64,000 nucleotides of DNA from Bacteroidales bacterium (GCA_016933335.1 JAFGBD010000018.1:3-64002), one strand, 5' to 3'; shown: positions 10,154 through 20,271, numbered from the stretch's first letter. Made by a program: numbers and translations. The notes: generated by a model not told the origin, from the sequence alone.

Positions 10154-10978
10154 TTATTGATTATAGTAACTTAGAACATTACTTAAGTAGTCTTTCATGT
10201 CTTTCCTGTTTACAATTGAATCAATAAATCCATGATCGCATAGATATTCCGCAGTCTGAAAGTTGTCAGGAAGCTTTTCGCGAATCGTTTGTTCTATGAC
10301 TCTTCTTCCGGCAAAAGCAATCAATGCGCCCGGCTCAGATATATTTATATCTCCCATCATGGCAAAACTTGCAGATACTCCGCCGGATGTAGGGTCTGTT
10401 AAAACGGAGATGTATGGAATATTATTTTTAATAAGCCTGGATATGCCTGCACAGGTTTTGGCCATCTGCATTAACGAAAGCGTCCCTTCCTGCATTCTGG
10501 CTCCACCTGATGCTGAAAAAATAATATAAGGCAGATTGTTTTCAAAAGCATAGTTTGCAGCTTTCAGTATTCTTTCTCCGGTAGCACTGCCTAAACTGCC
10601 GCCCATAAACCTGAAATCCATTACAGCAATCACAACCTGTTTGTTATTTAATTTCCCCGTACCAGTTACCACAGCTTCAGAAATACCGGTTTTTTCTTTT
10701 GTTGCTTTAATGTTATCCCTGTAACTTCCTTTTATATCCTGAAAATTTAAAGAATCGACAGGAACAATGTTTGAAAAGAGTTCTTTAAAGGTATTTCTAT
10801 CAAACAGTTGCTGGATTCTTTCACAGGCTGTTATCTTTTCATGATAATTACACTTAGGGCAGACTTTCAGGTTTTTATTCCATTCATCAACAAAGACATG
10901 TGAGTTGCATTTTTTGCATTTAACCCATAACTCCTTCTTTGTATTGTTTCTTGATTTAGAGCTGCGAAACCAGGCCAT
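10154..10978 (-). CDS. accD: Acetyl-CoA carboxylase carboxyltransferase subunit beta
   Basis: N-terminal 4-Cys zinc ribbon (CKKCNSH...CPKCNYH), FMGGSLGS and SGGARMQEG motifs. 274 aa. Confidence 0.9.
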   Translation of the reverse strand: MAWFRSSKSRNNTKKELWVKCKKCNSHVFVDEWNKNLKVCPKCNYHEKITACERIQQLFDRNTFKELFSNIVPVDSLNFQDIKGSYRDNIKATKEKTGISEAVVTGTGKLNNKQVVIAVMDFRFMGGSLGSATGERILKAANYAFENNLPYIIFSASGGARMQEGTLSLMQMAKTCAGISRLIKNNIPYISVLTDPTSGGVSASFAMMGDINISEPGALIAFAGRRVIEQTIREKLPDNFQTAEYLCDHGFIDSIVNRKDMKDYLSNVLSYYNQ

Positions 10979-11491
10979 ACTTAATTCTCTCCAATGATTT
11001 GTTATACTCTAATTTAAAAATCGAAAGATCAACAGTCTTAAAAAAACGTAGCAAAAAAGCGCAGAAAAATACTCATTATTTGTCAGAATAAAAAAAATTT
11101 TACATGAAATATTGCTTCAATGCCCTTTTCTTTCGCTGTAAAGATTTGAAGCTCAATTGGTGAAGCCATCCATATCATTTCTAACTCAATTCCACAAAAG
11201 ATTCATTCCGGTGGTATTTTACTAAACTACTTTAAAAGAGATAATTAGGATCCAATCATGGCATAAGGATCGTTCTTTGTAAAGCCATGACACAACTTAT
11301 AAAGACGAAAAACAAACGTATAAGAGGATTAACTGAAGAGCCAGTCTTCTGCCTCTTTTACCGACCCGAAAAATCTGCTTTGTACTTTAACGGCTGAATC
11401 GGGATTTGGGTTACCTGGTAATCAGATATGCCATGGTTTGTTTCGGTGGGGGTGGTTGAAAGATAATTCGTTTTACCTTATTTCAGATAAT

Positions 11492-12178
11492 CTATAATTT
11501 GAGATTATATGATAGTCCTATTCCAAATACTTTGTTGACTTTTGGTTTCTTTTCACCGAATTCATCTTCGTACATGAAAAATGTTTCAAGATCGATATTG
11601 TCTGATAACCTCCAGTCCAAACCCACAATATACCTGCTGGCTGAGAACCTGTTAATATGGCTTAACTTGAAATAACTTTCATATTCAACAAACGGATCCA
11701 CAAGTTTCGAAAGGTTATAATCGGCGCTGAGCTTATTCCTGAAATAACTTTCTGATTCATGTGTATGCTCTTCAGTAAACCTTTGAAACCGTAACCGGTA
11801 TTTAAAATCCAGGGGGAAGTTTTTGATTGGCAGGTCATAAGAGAAATCACCGGAAATCCTGTAATAATTATGGGAATTTGGATCGAAAAAGTACCTGAAA
11901 GTGCTCTTAAAACTGGTCTTTTTGGTTAAATCGTATACTATGCTTCCTTCCGTTAGCGCGACATTCAGTTTCGAAATGTTTTTATTGTACCGTACCTGTT
12001 CTTCGATATCAAAGCGCAGTTTCCTGCTGATGCTTATCTTGAGAGTGGCCCCGCTCCAGAGTTGATTATCATGAATCTGACCGATTATACTCATCATGTT
12101 AAATATCAGGCAACCCGCCAATACTGAAATGTACTTATACTTTACTGTCATGTTCTGGATAACTGATCCCACACTCAT
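11492..12178 (-). CDS. Outer-membrane beta-barrel protein, DUF2490-like
   Basis: The likely signal peptide begins at the internal Met (MTVKYKYISVLAGCLIFNMMSIIGQ, start near 12151). Alternating amphipathic beta-strand pattern, aromatic C-terminus (GLSYNLKL), ~220 aa. The 5' end overlaps the upstream gene stop. Confidence 0.5.
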   Translation of the reverse strand: MSVGSVIQNMTVKYKYISVLAGCLIFNMMSIIGQIHDNQLWSGATLKISISRKLRFDIEEQVRYNKNISKLNVALTEGSIVYDLTKKTSFKSTFRYFFDPNSHNYYRISGDFSYDLPIKNFPLDFKYRLRFQRFTEEHTHESESYFRNKLSADYNLSKLVDPFVEYESYFKLSHINRFSASRYIVGLDWRLSDNIDLETFFMYEDEFGEKKPKVNKVFGIGLSYNLKL

Positions 12179-13127
12179 TTCTGATCCTGTCCAGGGTTTC
12201 CATCAGGAGGATGCTTTTTTCATGGTTCATGGAATGGCTCTCAGTGAGCCCTTTTTCAAGACACTCCATAGCTTCTGCAGCTTCGTAATTATATCCATTT
12301 CCAAAATATTCCGGTGTGATGTCCCTGATATTGTTATCAAAAACCAATGATACGCCGGAAGGCATAAAAAAGTTACTGTGAATGTGAATACTTCCTTTTT
12401 TACCTGTTATCATGGCATCAATGGCAGTTTTGGCAATAATTGAAGAGTAAAGACTGGCGATTTCACCCTCTTTATATTGAGATACAAAGCCGCAGTTTTC
12501 ATCGACTCCTGTGTGGCCTGTTGATGCCAGGGCTTTGATCGCATCAGGACGCCCCAGTATTTCCACGGCCAGATAGGCAGGATAAATACCCACATCCAGT
12601 AAAGAACCTCCTCCCAGGTCAGGATTAAACCATCTTTTTTTCGGATCGTTGTCTGCCCTGAACCCTAAATCTGCCCTGATAAATTCGACTTTTCCTATAA
12701 GGCCTTCGTTGATTACCTCTTTAATTCTTTTAACCGAAGGCAGAAAAGCGGTCCACATGGCTTCAATCAGTAATTTTTTCTTCTCCCTTGATTTTGCAAT
12801 CATTTTTTTTACCTCAGAAGAATTTACTGCAAATGGTTTCTCACAGAGGACATGGAAGCCGGCTTCGAGGCACATCAGTGTATTTTTGCAGTGAAACGTA
12901 TGGGGTGTGGCGATATAGATGATATCAATATCTTTATTCTCAAGCATCTCGGCATAGCTGCCGTATGCATGCGGCACATGATGGTGTTTTGCAAAATCAT
13001 TAGCTTTTTGTTGTGTCCTGGAAGCCACGGCAAATAATCGTGCTTCAGGCAAAACCTGAAGACCTTCGGCAAACTTTTCCGCGATTCCGCCCAATCCAAT
13101 AATTCCCCAGTTGTACTTTTTTTTCAT
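12135..13127 (-). CDS. Gfo/Idh/MocA family oxidoreductase
   Basis: N-terminal Rossmann motif WGIIGLGGIAEKF and the family EKP motif (VLCEKPFA). 330 aa. Confidence 0.85.
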   Translation of the reverse strand: MKKKYNWGIIGLGGIAEKFAEGLQVLPEARLFAVASRTQQKANDFAKHHHVPHAYGSYAEMLENKDIDIIYIATPHTFHCKNTLMCLEAGFHVLCEKPFAVNSSEVKKMIAKSREKKKLLIEAMWTAFLPSVKRIKEVINEGLIGKVEFIRADLGFRADNDPKKRWFNPDLGGGSLLDVGIYPAYLAVEILGRPDAIKALASTGHTGVDENCGFVSQYKEGEIASLYSSIIAKTAIDAMITGKKGSIHIHSNFFMPSGVSLVFDNNIRDITPEYFGNGYNYEAAEAMECLEKGLTESHSMNHEKSILLMETLDRIRNECGISYPEHDSKV

Positions 13128-13130
13128 GTG

Positions 13131-14123
13131 TTAACCGCTTAAGATCTGTTCAATATGCTGAAGTTCGGTCTTATCAAAACACAGGTTCTGCAATGCACCC
13201 AGATTATTTTGAAGCTGATCAACTTTGCTTGTACCAACCAGTACCGATGTAATTCTTTTATCTTTCAGGAGCCAGGCAATTGCCATCTGGGCAAGGGATT
13301 GGTTTCTTGCCGATGCTGTCTTATTAAGTTCCCTGACCTTATCCAGTTTTTCCGGTGTAATTTGTGACTTTTGAAGAAAGCCCCGGGGGTTTGATGCACG
13401 GGAATCCTCAGGGATACCGGAAAGGTACCGGTCAGTCAGAATTCCCTGTGCAAGCGGTGAAAAGACAATACAGCCGATCCCTTCTTTCTCCAGAACCTCA
13501 AGAAGATCCTGCTCCACCCATCTGTCAAACATCGAATATCGTGGCTGATGTATAAGGCAGGGTGTACCGAGTCTTCTTAATATATCAGCTGCAGTTTTGG
13601 TTTTTTCAGCCGGATAATTGGAAATTCCGGCATATAACGCTTTGCCTTGTTTTACTGCGGTATCAAGTGCTCCCATTGTTTCTTCAAGCGGAGTATCCGG
13701 ATCCGGCCGGTGGGAATAAAAAATATCGACATAATCCAGTTTCATCCTGCTAAGACTTTGATCCAGACTTGCAAGCAGGTATTTTCTGGATCCCCAGTCA
13801 CCATATGGTCCATCCCACATAAAATATCCCGCTTTTGTTGAAATGATCAGCTCATCCCGATGGGCACCAAGATCGTTTTTCAGTATGATGCCAAAGTTCT
13901 CTTCTGCTGATCCCGGAGGGGGTCCGTAATTGTTGGCAAGGTCGAAATGTGTAATGCCGGCGTCAAATGCAGTTCTGATCATTGATCTGCAGGTTTCAAA
14001 ATTGTCTGAGGCACCAAAATTATGCCACAGTCCAAGCGAGATGGCAGGCAATTTCAGGCCGCTTCTGCCGCAACGGTTATAAATCATTTCTGAATACCTT
14101 TTTGAAGATGGAAGATATGTCAT
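13131..14123 (-). CDS. Aldo/keto reductase (YghZ / L-glyceraldehyde-3-phosphate reductase-like)
   Basis: GLWHNFG, GITHFDLANNYGPPPGSAEE, ELIISTK and HRPD motifs. 330 aa. Confidence 0.85.
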   Translation of the reverse strand: MTYLPSSKRYSEMIYNRCGRSGLKLPAISLGLWHNFGASDNFETCRSMIRTAFDAGITHFDLANNYGPPPGSAEENFGIILKNDLGAHRDELIISTKAGYFMWDGPYGDWGSRKYLLASLDQSLSRMKLDYVDIFYSHRPDPDTPLEETMGALDTAVKQGKALYAGISNYPAEKTKTAADILRRLGTPCLIHQPRYSMFDRWVEQDLLEVLEKEGIGCIVFSPLAQGILTDRYLSGIPEDSRASNPRGFLQKSQITPEKLDKVRELNKTASARNQSLAQMAIAWLLKDKRITSVLVGTSKVDQLQNNLGALQNLCFDKTELQHIEQILSG

Positions 14124-14223
14124 CTTTTTCAGCTGCTGATAAGAATTTATAAATTATTTTTGGTTTAATAATATGATTTGGTAAATTTAATGCACAAATT
14201 CGTATATCTCAATACAATAATTT

Positions 14224-14598
14224 ATGGATATCCTGGATATTAAAGCCACAAATGATACACCCCGTGTTATCTTTGATCCTGAAAGCGATATATTTGAAAT
14301 TTCCGGTCGTTCATTACCTGAAGATGTAGTATCCTTTTATCAGCCGGTAATCGACTGGCTTGACGAATACAGCCGGTTACCAAATGAAAAGACTGAGTTT
14401 GTGTTTAAATATATTTACTTTAACACGGCAACATCAAAACTGATACAGGATATTTTAATCAGACTTGAACAGATTTATGAAACCGGTAATGATGTGGTTG
14501 TAATATGGTATTACGAGCAGGATGATGAAGATATGATGGATCTGGGAGAAGAGTTTAAAGAATATGTTGACATACCCTTTGAACTGGTACCCTTTTAA
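14224..14598 (+). CDS. DUF1987 (SiaC-family) protein
   Basis: 124 aa. The N-terminus (I.AT.DTPRVIFDPE...FEISGRSLPEDV..FY.PVIDWL.EY) is characteristic of DUF1987/SiaC partner-switch proteins. Confidence 0.7.
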   Translation: MDILDIKATNDTPRVIFDPESDIFEISGRSLPEDVVSFYQPVIDWLDEYSRLPNEKTEFVFKYIYFNTATSKLIQDILIRLEQIYETGNDVVVIWYYEQDDEDMMDLGEEFKEYVDIPFELVPF

Positions 14599-14668
14599 TT
14601 AAATATCTTTTAAACCCGGCAGGAAAACTTCCTCGTTTACCTGATATTTCAATTGTATAAAGAAATTT

Positions 14669-16501
14669 CTAGTTTGAAAGTCTGTCCCACCAGGTTTTTT
14701 TCAGTATTAAGCTGCATATCAAGACAATAATTGCTGTTATTATCCAGTAGGTGTGCTTCAAAAGAACAATATAAATAGGCAATGCCACCAGCGCAGTTTG
14801 CCAGATGATGCCTGTCAGTATGTTGAACATGTCACGCCTGAAACTGGTGTTCTTCTTAAAACCAGGATATAAACCGGCAATCCTTTCATGAATTGGTTTC
14901 CAAAATCCCCATGGCCGAACCGATTTATAAAAATCTATCAGTGTCTTTTCATCTGTGGCAGGTGACAAAAATGTGCCCAGAAGACTACCTGTAAGAGATA
15001 TTAACAGGATCACAGGAAACAGGTACAACATGTATTTGTCAGGAACAAATCTGGCAAAGATTATGGCAGGAACAAGACCTGCAACCATGCCCCAGAAATA
15101 GCCCTTTCCATTAAACCTCCACCAGTACCATTTCAATACGTTTGAAGCAATGTAGCTGGCCCAGAGTGCATTAACAATCCATTTCAGGATGCTGTCGATA
15201 TTTTTAATGGAGATTCCAATGAATATGCTGATTAACACAATGGTTATGCCTGTAAGGTAATTTACCATGCTGAGTTTTTTGCCTTTGGTCTCGGGTCTGA
15301 CATATTTCAGGTACAGATCATTTACAAGGTATGCCTGTGCCGCATTCAATGTACCGGCAAATGTAGACATAAAAGCAGCTGTAAGTCCGGCAAGCAATAA
15401 ACCAAGAAAGCCTGCAGGTACGAACTCACTCATGGCTGATGGTAAAATCTGTTCAAAATCAATTTTGCCTCCGACAAGTAAATCAAGTTTATCATAGTAT
15501 AATATTGCAAGAATCACAAATCCGGCGATCAGCAAGTATCTGAAGGGCATGAGAATGACTGATACCGAACCGCTCATTTTGGCAGCTTCCCTGGGTGACC
15601 TTGTGGCCAGTATTTTCTGCATATCATAATTGGGGGCAGGACCTGCAGCACTTACCAGTATACCCTTAAACAACATCATCATAAAAAATATTGAAAAAAG
15701 AGAATATCCGTCTTTCGATATGACATCATTCACTTCGCGGATGATATTTCCCCAGTCCATGTTGAGCCTGATTCCAAAGAAGGGACTCATCCATCCATCG
15801 GGTACAATAAGGTTCTGACTGCTTAATGTGACCATGGCAATAATTGCAATAACGATTGCAGAGATGGTCATAATGGAGTATTGAATAACATCTGCCCAGA
15901 CAATGCTGACCATTCCGCCAAGAATCGCATACAAAGTGGCAATTAATGTAAAAAAGGTACCGTAAATATGGGGTATATAGGCTGCCGGAATAAATGCAGG
16001 ATCAATGTTCAGAATGCCACAGACAAATTCCCAGGGAATGAATATCTCAACGAATTTTCCCAGGCCCACAAAACCATAAGCCAGGAAACCTAGGCATCCG
16101 ATGATTGCGTAAATCACCACAATATTGTGTGATAATCTGCCATCTTTCCCATTTCCAAACCTGGTTAAAATCCACTCGGCACCTGTTGTCACATTGGATC
16201 TTCTTAACCAGACCGACAAATAAACCATCAGAAATATCTGGTTAAAGACAGGCCAGAGCCAGGGTATCCAGATACTTTTAAGTCCGTATACAAAGGTGAT
16301 GGTGACAAGCCACATGGTACCGGAAATATCAAACATGCCGGAGGCATTGGATAGTCCCAGCATATACCAGGGCAGCTTATTTTCACCCAGCAGATATGAA
16401 GATTTGTTCTTCTGGGCTCGTTTCTTCAGATAGAATCCGATAAATACAATTGAAATGATATAAAGAAGAATGATCAGTAAATCATAAAAGGTAAGTTTCA
16501 T
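14669..16501 (-). CDS. Sodium:solute symporter (SSS) family transporter
   Basis: 610 aa with more than 12 predicted TM helices. N-terminal layout (..FIGFYLKKRA...SYLLGENKLPWY) and the GG/AD.IQY region are typical of the SSS family. Confidence 0.75.
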   Translation of the reverse strand: MKLTFYDLLIILLYIISIVFIGFYLKKRAQKNKSSYLLGENKLPWYMLGLSNASGMFDISGTMWLVTITFVYGLKSIWIPWLWPVFNQIFLMVYLSVWLRRSNVTTGAEWILTRFGNGKDGRLSHNIVVIYAIIGCLGFLAYGFVGLGKFVEIFIPWEFVCGILNIDPAFIPAAYIPHIYGTFFTLIATLYAILGGMVSIVWADVIQYSIMTISAIVIAIIAMVTLSSQNLIVPDGWMSPFFGIRLNMDWGNIIREVNDVISKDGYSLFSIFFMMMLFKGILVSAAGPAPNYDMQKILATRSPREAAKMSGSVSVILMPFRYLLIAGFVILAILYYDKLDLLVGGKIDFEQILPSAMSEFVPAGFLGLLLAGLTAAFMSTFAGTLNAAQAYLVNDLYLKYVRPETKGKKLSMVNYLTGITIVLISIFIGISIKNIDSILKWIVNALWASYIASNVLKWYWWRFNGKGYFWGMVAGLVPAIIFARFVPDKYMLYLFPVILLISLTGSLLGTFLSPATDEKTLIDFYKSVRPWGFWKPIHERIAGLYPGFKKNTSFRRDMFNILTGIIWQTALVALPIYIVLLKHTYWIITAIIVLICSLILKKTWWDRLSN

Positions 16502-16609
16502 TGGTGAGATATGAAATTAATAATAATTCTTTAAGGCCTAAAAATAGAAAAAAAAATATCAATTTAGAAAATATGCGGCAAGGAACAGTCCGCGAATGTG
16601 TTACAGATA

Positions 16610-19600
16610 TCATAGTAAGATTCCTCTGTTATTAACCGGAGGGTATATCAGAAGAATGAGATACAGCACAAATGCATATAACCAGATAAATGTGATATTG
16701 AACCATAAGGTATTCAATACTTCACCCCTGAATTTTTTCTCGGGTACAAACAGGATTTCTCTGCCAAATTCAGATGTTGGCTTCTGAAATATCGGATCGG
16801 ATAATTGATATATCCTGTCTTTATAAATTTTTAAAGACGATGGCTCACCCTGGTTCATAACCAGGCTGGCTAACCTGGTATTATGATTTTTGTTTTTCAG
16901 CTCGCTGAATGCTTTATGACCTAAAGAATCAGCCAGGAATCTCAAGAAATCATTCTTTTCAATCACTGCATTTTCATATGCATTATACGTGTTGATCTCC
17001 AGGTAGGTAAGATAATCTTTCGTTTCCAGTGCGACTTCATTGTTATAGTCTTTAATATTGAGTTTGTCCAGGTATTCATATTCAAAAAAATCAGGTTCGC
17101 TGCTGATCTTAGTGATACCATTGCTGATCAGGTTCAGGTAATATGCAACTGAATCACTGGCAAGGTTTTTTATCATGCTTTTTTCAAGGTATGATTGCAG
17201 TTGAGGCAACAAATCATACAGGTAATAGGTAAATATGCTCTGTTTTTGTTCGTACGGATAAAATAATTTTTCAAATTTGTTGTGTCTGAATTGCTCCACA
17301 ACCATTGCTTCATAGGCCCATCTTACTGTCATTAGTTCACCTGGTAACGGTACAAAGGGACTTCTGGTCATGTTCAGATTTTCGTACTTAATGATTCCCG
17401 AACCCAGAATTAATTGAAATGCCATAATGATGGGGATGGATTTTGCATATATTGAACGCAGGCTTTTATGGATCATAGAAAGGTTCAGTCCTAAAATGAT
17501 GCCAAAACAACAGGTGCTGAATAGAATCAGCCAGAATTGAAACAACATCCCGCGTATTCCCAGGATGAAGTTACCCGTAATTGTTAACAAGAAGGTTTGA
17601 ATGGCTGCGATCAGTATAAGATAAAGAGTTTTTGCATTGATGTAACTGAATTTGCTGAATTCCAGATATTCCTCCTTATTCAGCAGGTTTCTTTCTTTCA
17701 GAATTTCATCTGCGCTGATTATGAGCCCGAGAAATATTGCCACGACAGTACAGAGGAACATGTAAAGAGGAATGTTGGGATTGTTCATAAAAACATAACC
17801 TTTTCCCGGTGAATATCTGAGCAGGATGCCCATTAATAATGCGATCAGGGGTCCGGCAAGGAGGGTATAAATAATTTTCCACCTGTTTGAAAACTTAATT
17901 TTAAAGTTTCTGATATTAAATATCTTAAATTGGGTTTCCAGGTTGGGAAGTTTGATGATTCCGGTTGGCAACGGCGTCTTTTCAACCCGGAGGGGTTTTC
18001 TTTTATTTTCATGAATTGCTGTATAGTGTTCATACCATTCAGACGGAGTGATTTTTCTCTGTCTCCATTTTCCGGAGTAATCTGTAAGTCTGAAATCCAC
18101 TAATTCCAGAATGCTTTCAGGAGAGATCTCACCTGGATTTACTTCCAGTCCTGTTATATCGAGAATGGAATGAAAATAATCAGCAGCCTTATATGCATCA
18201 TCTGTGAAAATCGGGTATCCTGATTCATCAATAATCCAGAGTTTATCGAACATCTTGAAAGCCTGCGGATTGGTTTGGCTGATGGTAGTAATAACCAGGT
18301 TACCTTCAAATGTATAATCGTGAAGTAATTTTAAAATTCTTGAGGATTCGACATTGTTCAGTCCGTAATATGGATTATCAACAAGGAGAATTTTGGGTGT
18401 CCGCAATAGTTCAAGGGCTATATTTAACAGTCTGCGCTGGCCTGGCTGGAGGTTTTTAAGATATATTGATCCTACAATAACATTTTTATATTCAAGCAGA
18501 TCGAGCTTTTCAAGCAGCAGACTGATTTTTTTATCCAGTTCCTTTAAGGGTGTCTTACTGTAAAACAACCGGGCAGACAGCATCAGGTTATCATATACTG
18601 ACAGCTCATCGAGAAGCAGGTCATCCTCAGGAATATAACCAATAATGCTTTTTAACAGGTACCTGTTGGTTTTAAGGTTATAATTATTGATCTGAATTTT
18701 TCCTGTATCAGGAATTTTTTGTCCTGCCAGCAATTCCAGTAAAGTCGATTTACCAACACCTTCTTTTCCAAGAATTCCCACAAGCACTCCTGAAGTTTCG
18801 CTTACACTGAACGGCTTTATTCCCTTGCTCTTTTTTCTCTGCTTATAGGAGATATCTTCGGCATTCAGTATAATTCCGGTTAGTAACCGGTATTCCAGAT
18901 ACCTGTGTTTGATATCCGAATAACGGATAACAGACTGATCATTTATTTTGATGACAGAGCCGGGTTCAAGAATTATAAATTTGCATACGGTACTGATGCT
19001 TCCTTCAACCATTAATCCTTCATTTCCCAGGCATTTCAGGATAAATATCTTGTTTTTTTCAAGAAACAGTATGTTTATGGGATTTTTTAATGCTGCAATT
19101 TCGATCTCATTTTTTATTTTGTAATCAGCAGGCAGGTTGCTCTCAATCCAGCTTCCTTCAAGTTCTTCAGTCTTATCAGCTGAGGAGGGTTTACAAATAA
19201 GGAAATTGGATTCGGCGTCCTGTAAATCTTCTTCCAGTACGAACCGGCAAAGATCATTGAATTCGGATGTGGACATCCCCAGCCTGATACATGCAATCTC
19301 CAGATAGTCCAGATCTTCCCTTTTTTCAGATACAGCGGTATAAAAATAATCGATAAGCAGAAGCATCAATACTATTCTGTCATTAAAAGATACTGACTGA
19401 ATTGTTTCAAGGGTTATTTTATCAAACATCGAGTTAACAATGGTCACTGAAAAATCAGGTTCTTTAAAGAGGTTGTATTGTTCTGTATATGATTCATAAT
19501 TAAATATATAAAAGCTCTCCAGATCCGGTGATACAGGTAATCTGGTCTGTTTCTGAAGATATTGAATGAATTTATTGCCTGCTTCAGACGGATTTTCCTG

Positions 19601-19663
19601 TCTGAACATAGAAGATACAAGAGCACAATATTTTGCAAGGGTTTTAAGTACGGACTCTCTCAT
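16610..19663 (-). CDS. ABCG-type (NBD-TMD) ABC protein with N-terminal extension incl. FHA-like segment; catalytic motifs degenerate
   Basis: Walker A is intact (GILGKEGVGKSTLLELLAG). NBD order and spacing align with ABCG/White half-transporters, followed by an ABC-2-type TMD with a large loop before the last helix. Q-loop, signature, Walker B Glu, D-loop and switch His are all substituted (see finding). Confidence 0.8.
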   Translation of the reverse strand: MRESVLKTLAKYCALVSSMFRQENPSEAGNKFIQYLQKQTRLPVSPDLESFYIFNYESYTEQYNLFKEPDFSVTIVNSMFDKITLETIQSVSFNDRIVLMLLLIDYFYTAVSEKREDLDYLEIACIRLGMSTSEFNDLCRFVLEEDLQDAESNFLICKPSSADKTEELEGSWIESNLPADYKIKNEIEIAALKNPINILFLEKNKIFILKCLGNEGLMVEGSISTVCKFIILEPGSVIKINDQSVIRYSDIKHRYLEYRLLTGIILNAEDISYKQRKKSKGIKPFSVSETSGVLVGILGKEGVGKSTLLELLAGQKIPDTGKIQINNYNLKTNRYLLKSIIGYIPEDDLLLDELSVYDNLMLSARLFYSKTPLKELDKKISLLLEKLDLLEYKNVIVGSIYLKNLQPGQRRLLNIALELLRTPKILLVDNPYYGLNNVESSRILKLLHDYTFEGNLVITTISQTNPQAFKMFDKLWIIDESGYPIFTDDAYKAADYFHSILDITGLEVNPGEISPESILELVDFRLTDYSGKWRQRKITPSEWYEHYTAIHENKRKPLRVEKTPLPTGIIKLPNLETQFKIFNIRNFKIKFSNRWKIIYTLLAGPLIALLMGILLRYSPGKGYVFMNNPNIPLYMFLCTVVAIFLGLIISADEILKERNLLNKEEYLEFSKFSYINAKTLYLILIAAIQTFLLTITGNFILGIRGMLFQFWLILFSTCCFGIILGLNLSMIHKSLRSIYAKSIPIIMAFQLILGSGIIKYENLNMTRSPFVPLPGELMTVRWAYEAMVVEQFRHNKFEKLFYPYEQKQSIFTYYLYDLLPQLQSYLEKSMIKNLASDSVAYYLNLISNGITKISSEPDFFEYEYLDKLNIKDYNNEVALETKDYLTYLEINTYNAYENAVIEKNDFLRFLADSLGHKAFSELKNKNHNTRLASLVMNQGEPSSLKIYKDRIYQLSDPIFQKPTSEFGREILFVPEKKFRGEVLNTLWFNITFIWLYAFVLYLILLIYPPVNNRGILL

Positions 19664-19826
19664 ATCCTTTTTGTGACTGTTGAACAGTTTGAATCAATTG
19701 TAAAGAAAAGTCTGTTTGATTATCAGTTATTTAGTTGATCTGAATCTAATTTTCAATTGATTATGTAACAATTAATTTCCAATTTACGTAAATTTAAAAA
19801 AAGCAAATTAATTTTTCATAGTTTTA

Positions 19827-19893
19827 TTGATTTTGGGTTTATTAACAGGGTTAATGAAAGAGGCTGTCACTAAAGCGGGATGGCCTCTTTTTT
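19827..19893 (+). repeat. Degenerate copy of the TTGAT-GGGTTTA-TTA motif followed by a plus-strand intrinsic-terminator-like hairpin
   Basis: ttgattttgggtttattaac..., then the stem AAAGAGGC/GCCTCTTT (19857-19864 / 19883-19890) with an 18-nt loop, running into a T-tract. Confidence 0.35.
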
Positions 19894-20017
19894 AAGTGAT
19901 AAAAATCATCGGTTCCGGATAATGAATATCACTTTATTATCATGTGACTGAACCTGATAAATCATTAAATTTGAACTGTTAATTCTGATAAGGGTTATAT
20001 TAGGGTTAAATATTACA

Positions 20018-20091
20018 GGTGTAAGTTCTTTGTTTGATAGGGTTTAATTAGTTTTAGGTGTTTAATCCCGGTCTTGGCCGGGATTTTTTTT
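20018..20091 (+). repeat. Repeat unit A: conserved 46-nt core plus intrinsic terminator (candidate sRNA 3' end)
   Basis: The core is ggtgtaagtt-N5-tttgatagggtttaattagttttaggtgttt. It is followed by an 8-bp stem AATCCCGG/CCGGGATT with a 6-nt loop and a run of 8 T (the first 2 in the stem). Confidence 0.5.
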
Positions 20092-20271
20092 GATATCTGC
20101 CAGACAGTTACGATCAACTGTCAATTGACTGCAATGAAATTCCAGATGATCAATCTCACCCTTATCAGATAACAAAAATCATCTCAATTATTTAACCTTG
20201 AACGGCATTTTTTCGTATATATGGATGTACTCTGATTGAATCAGATTATTATTGTACTTTTTATAAGAAGC

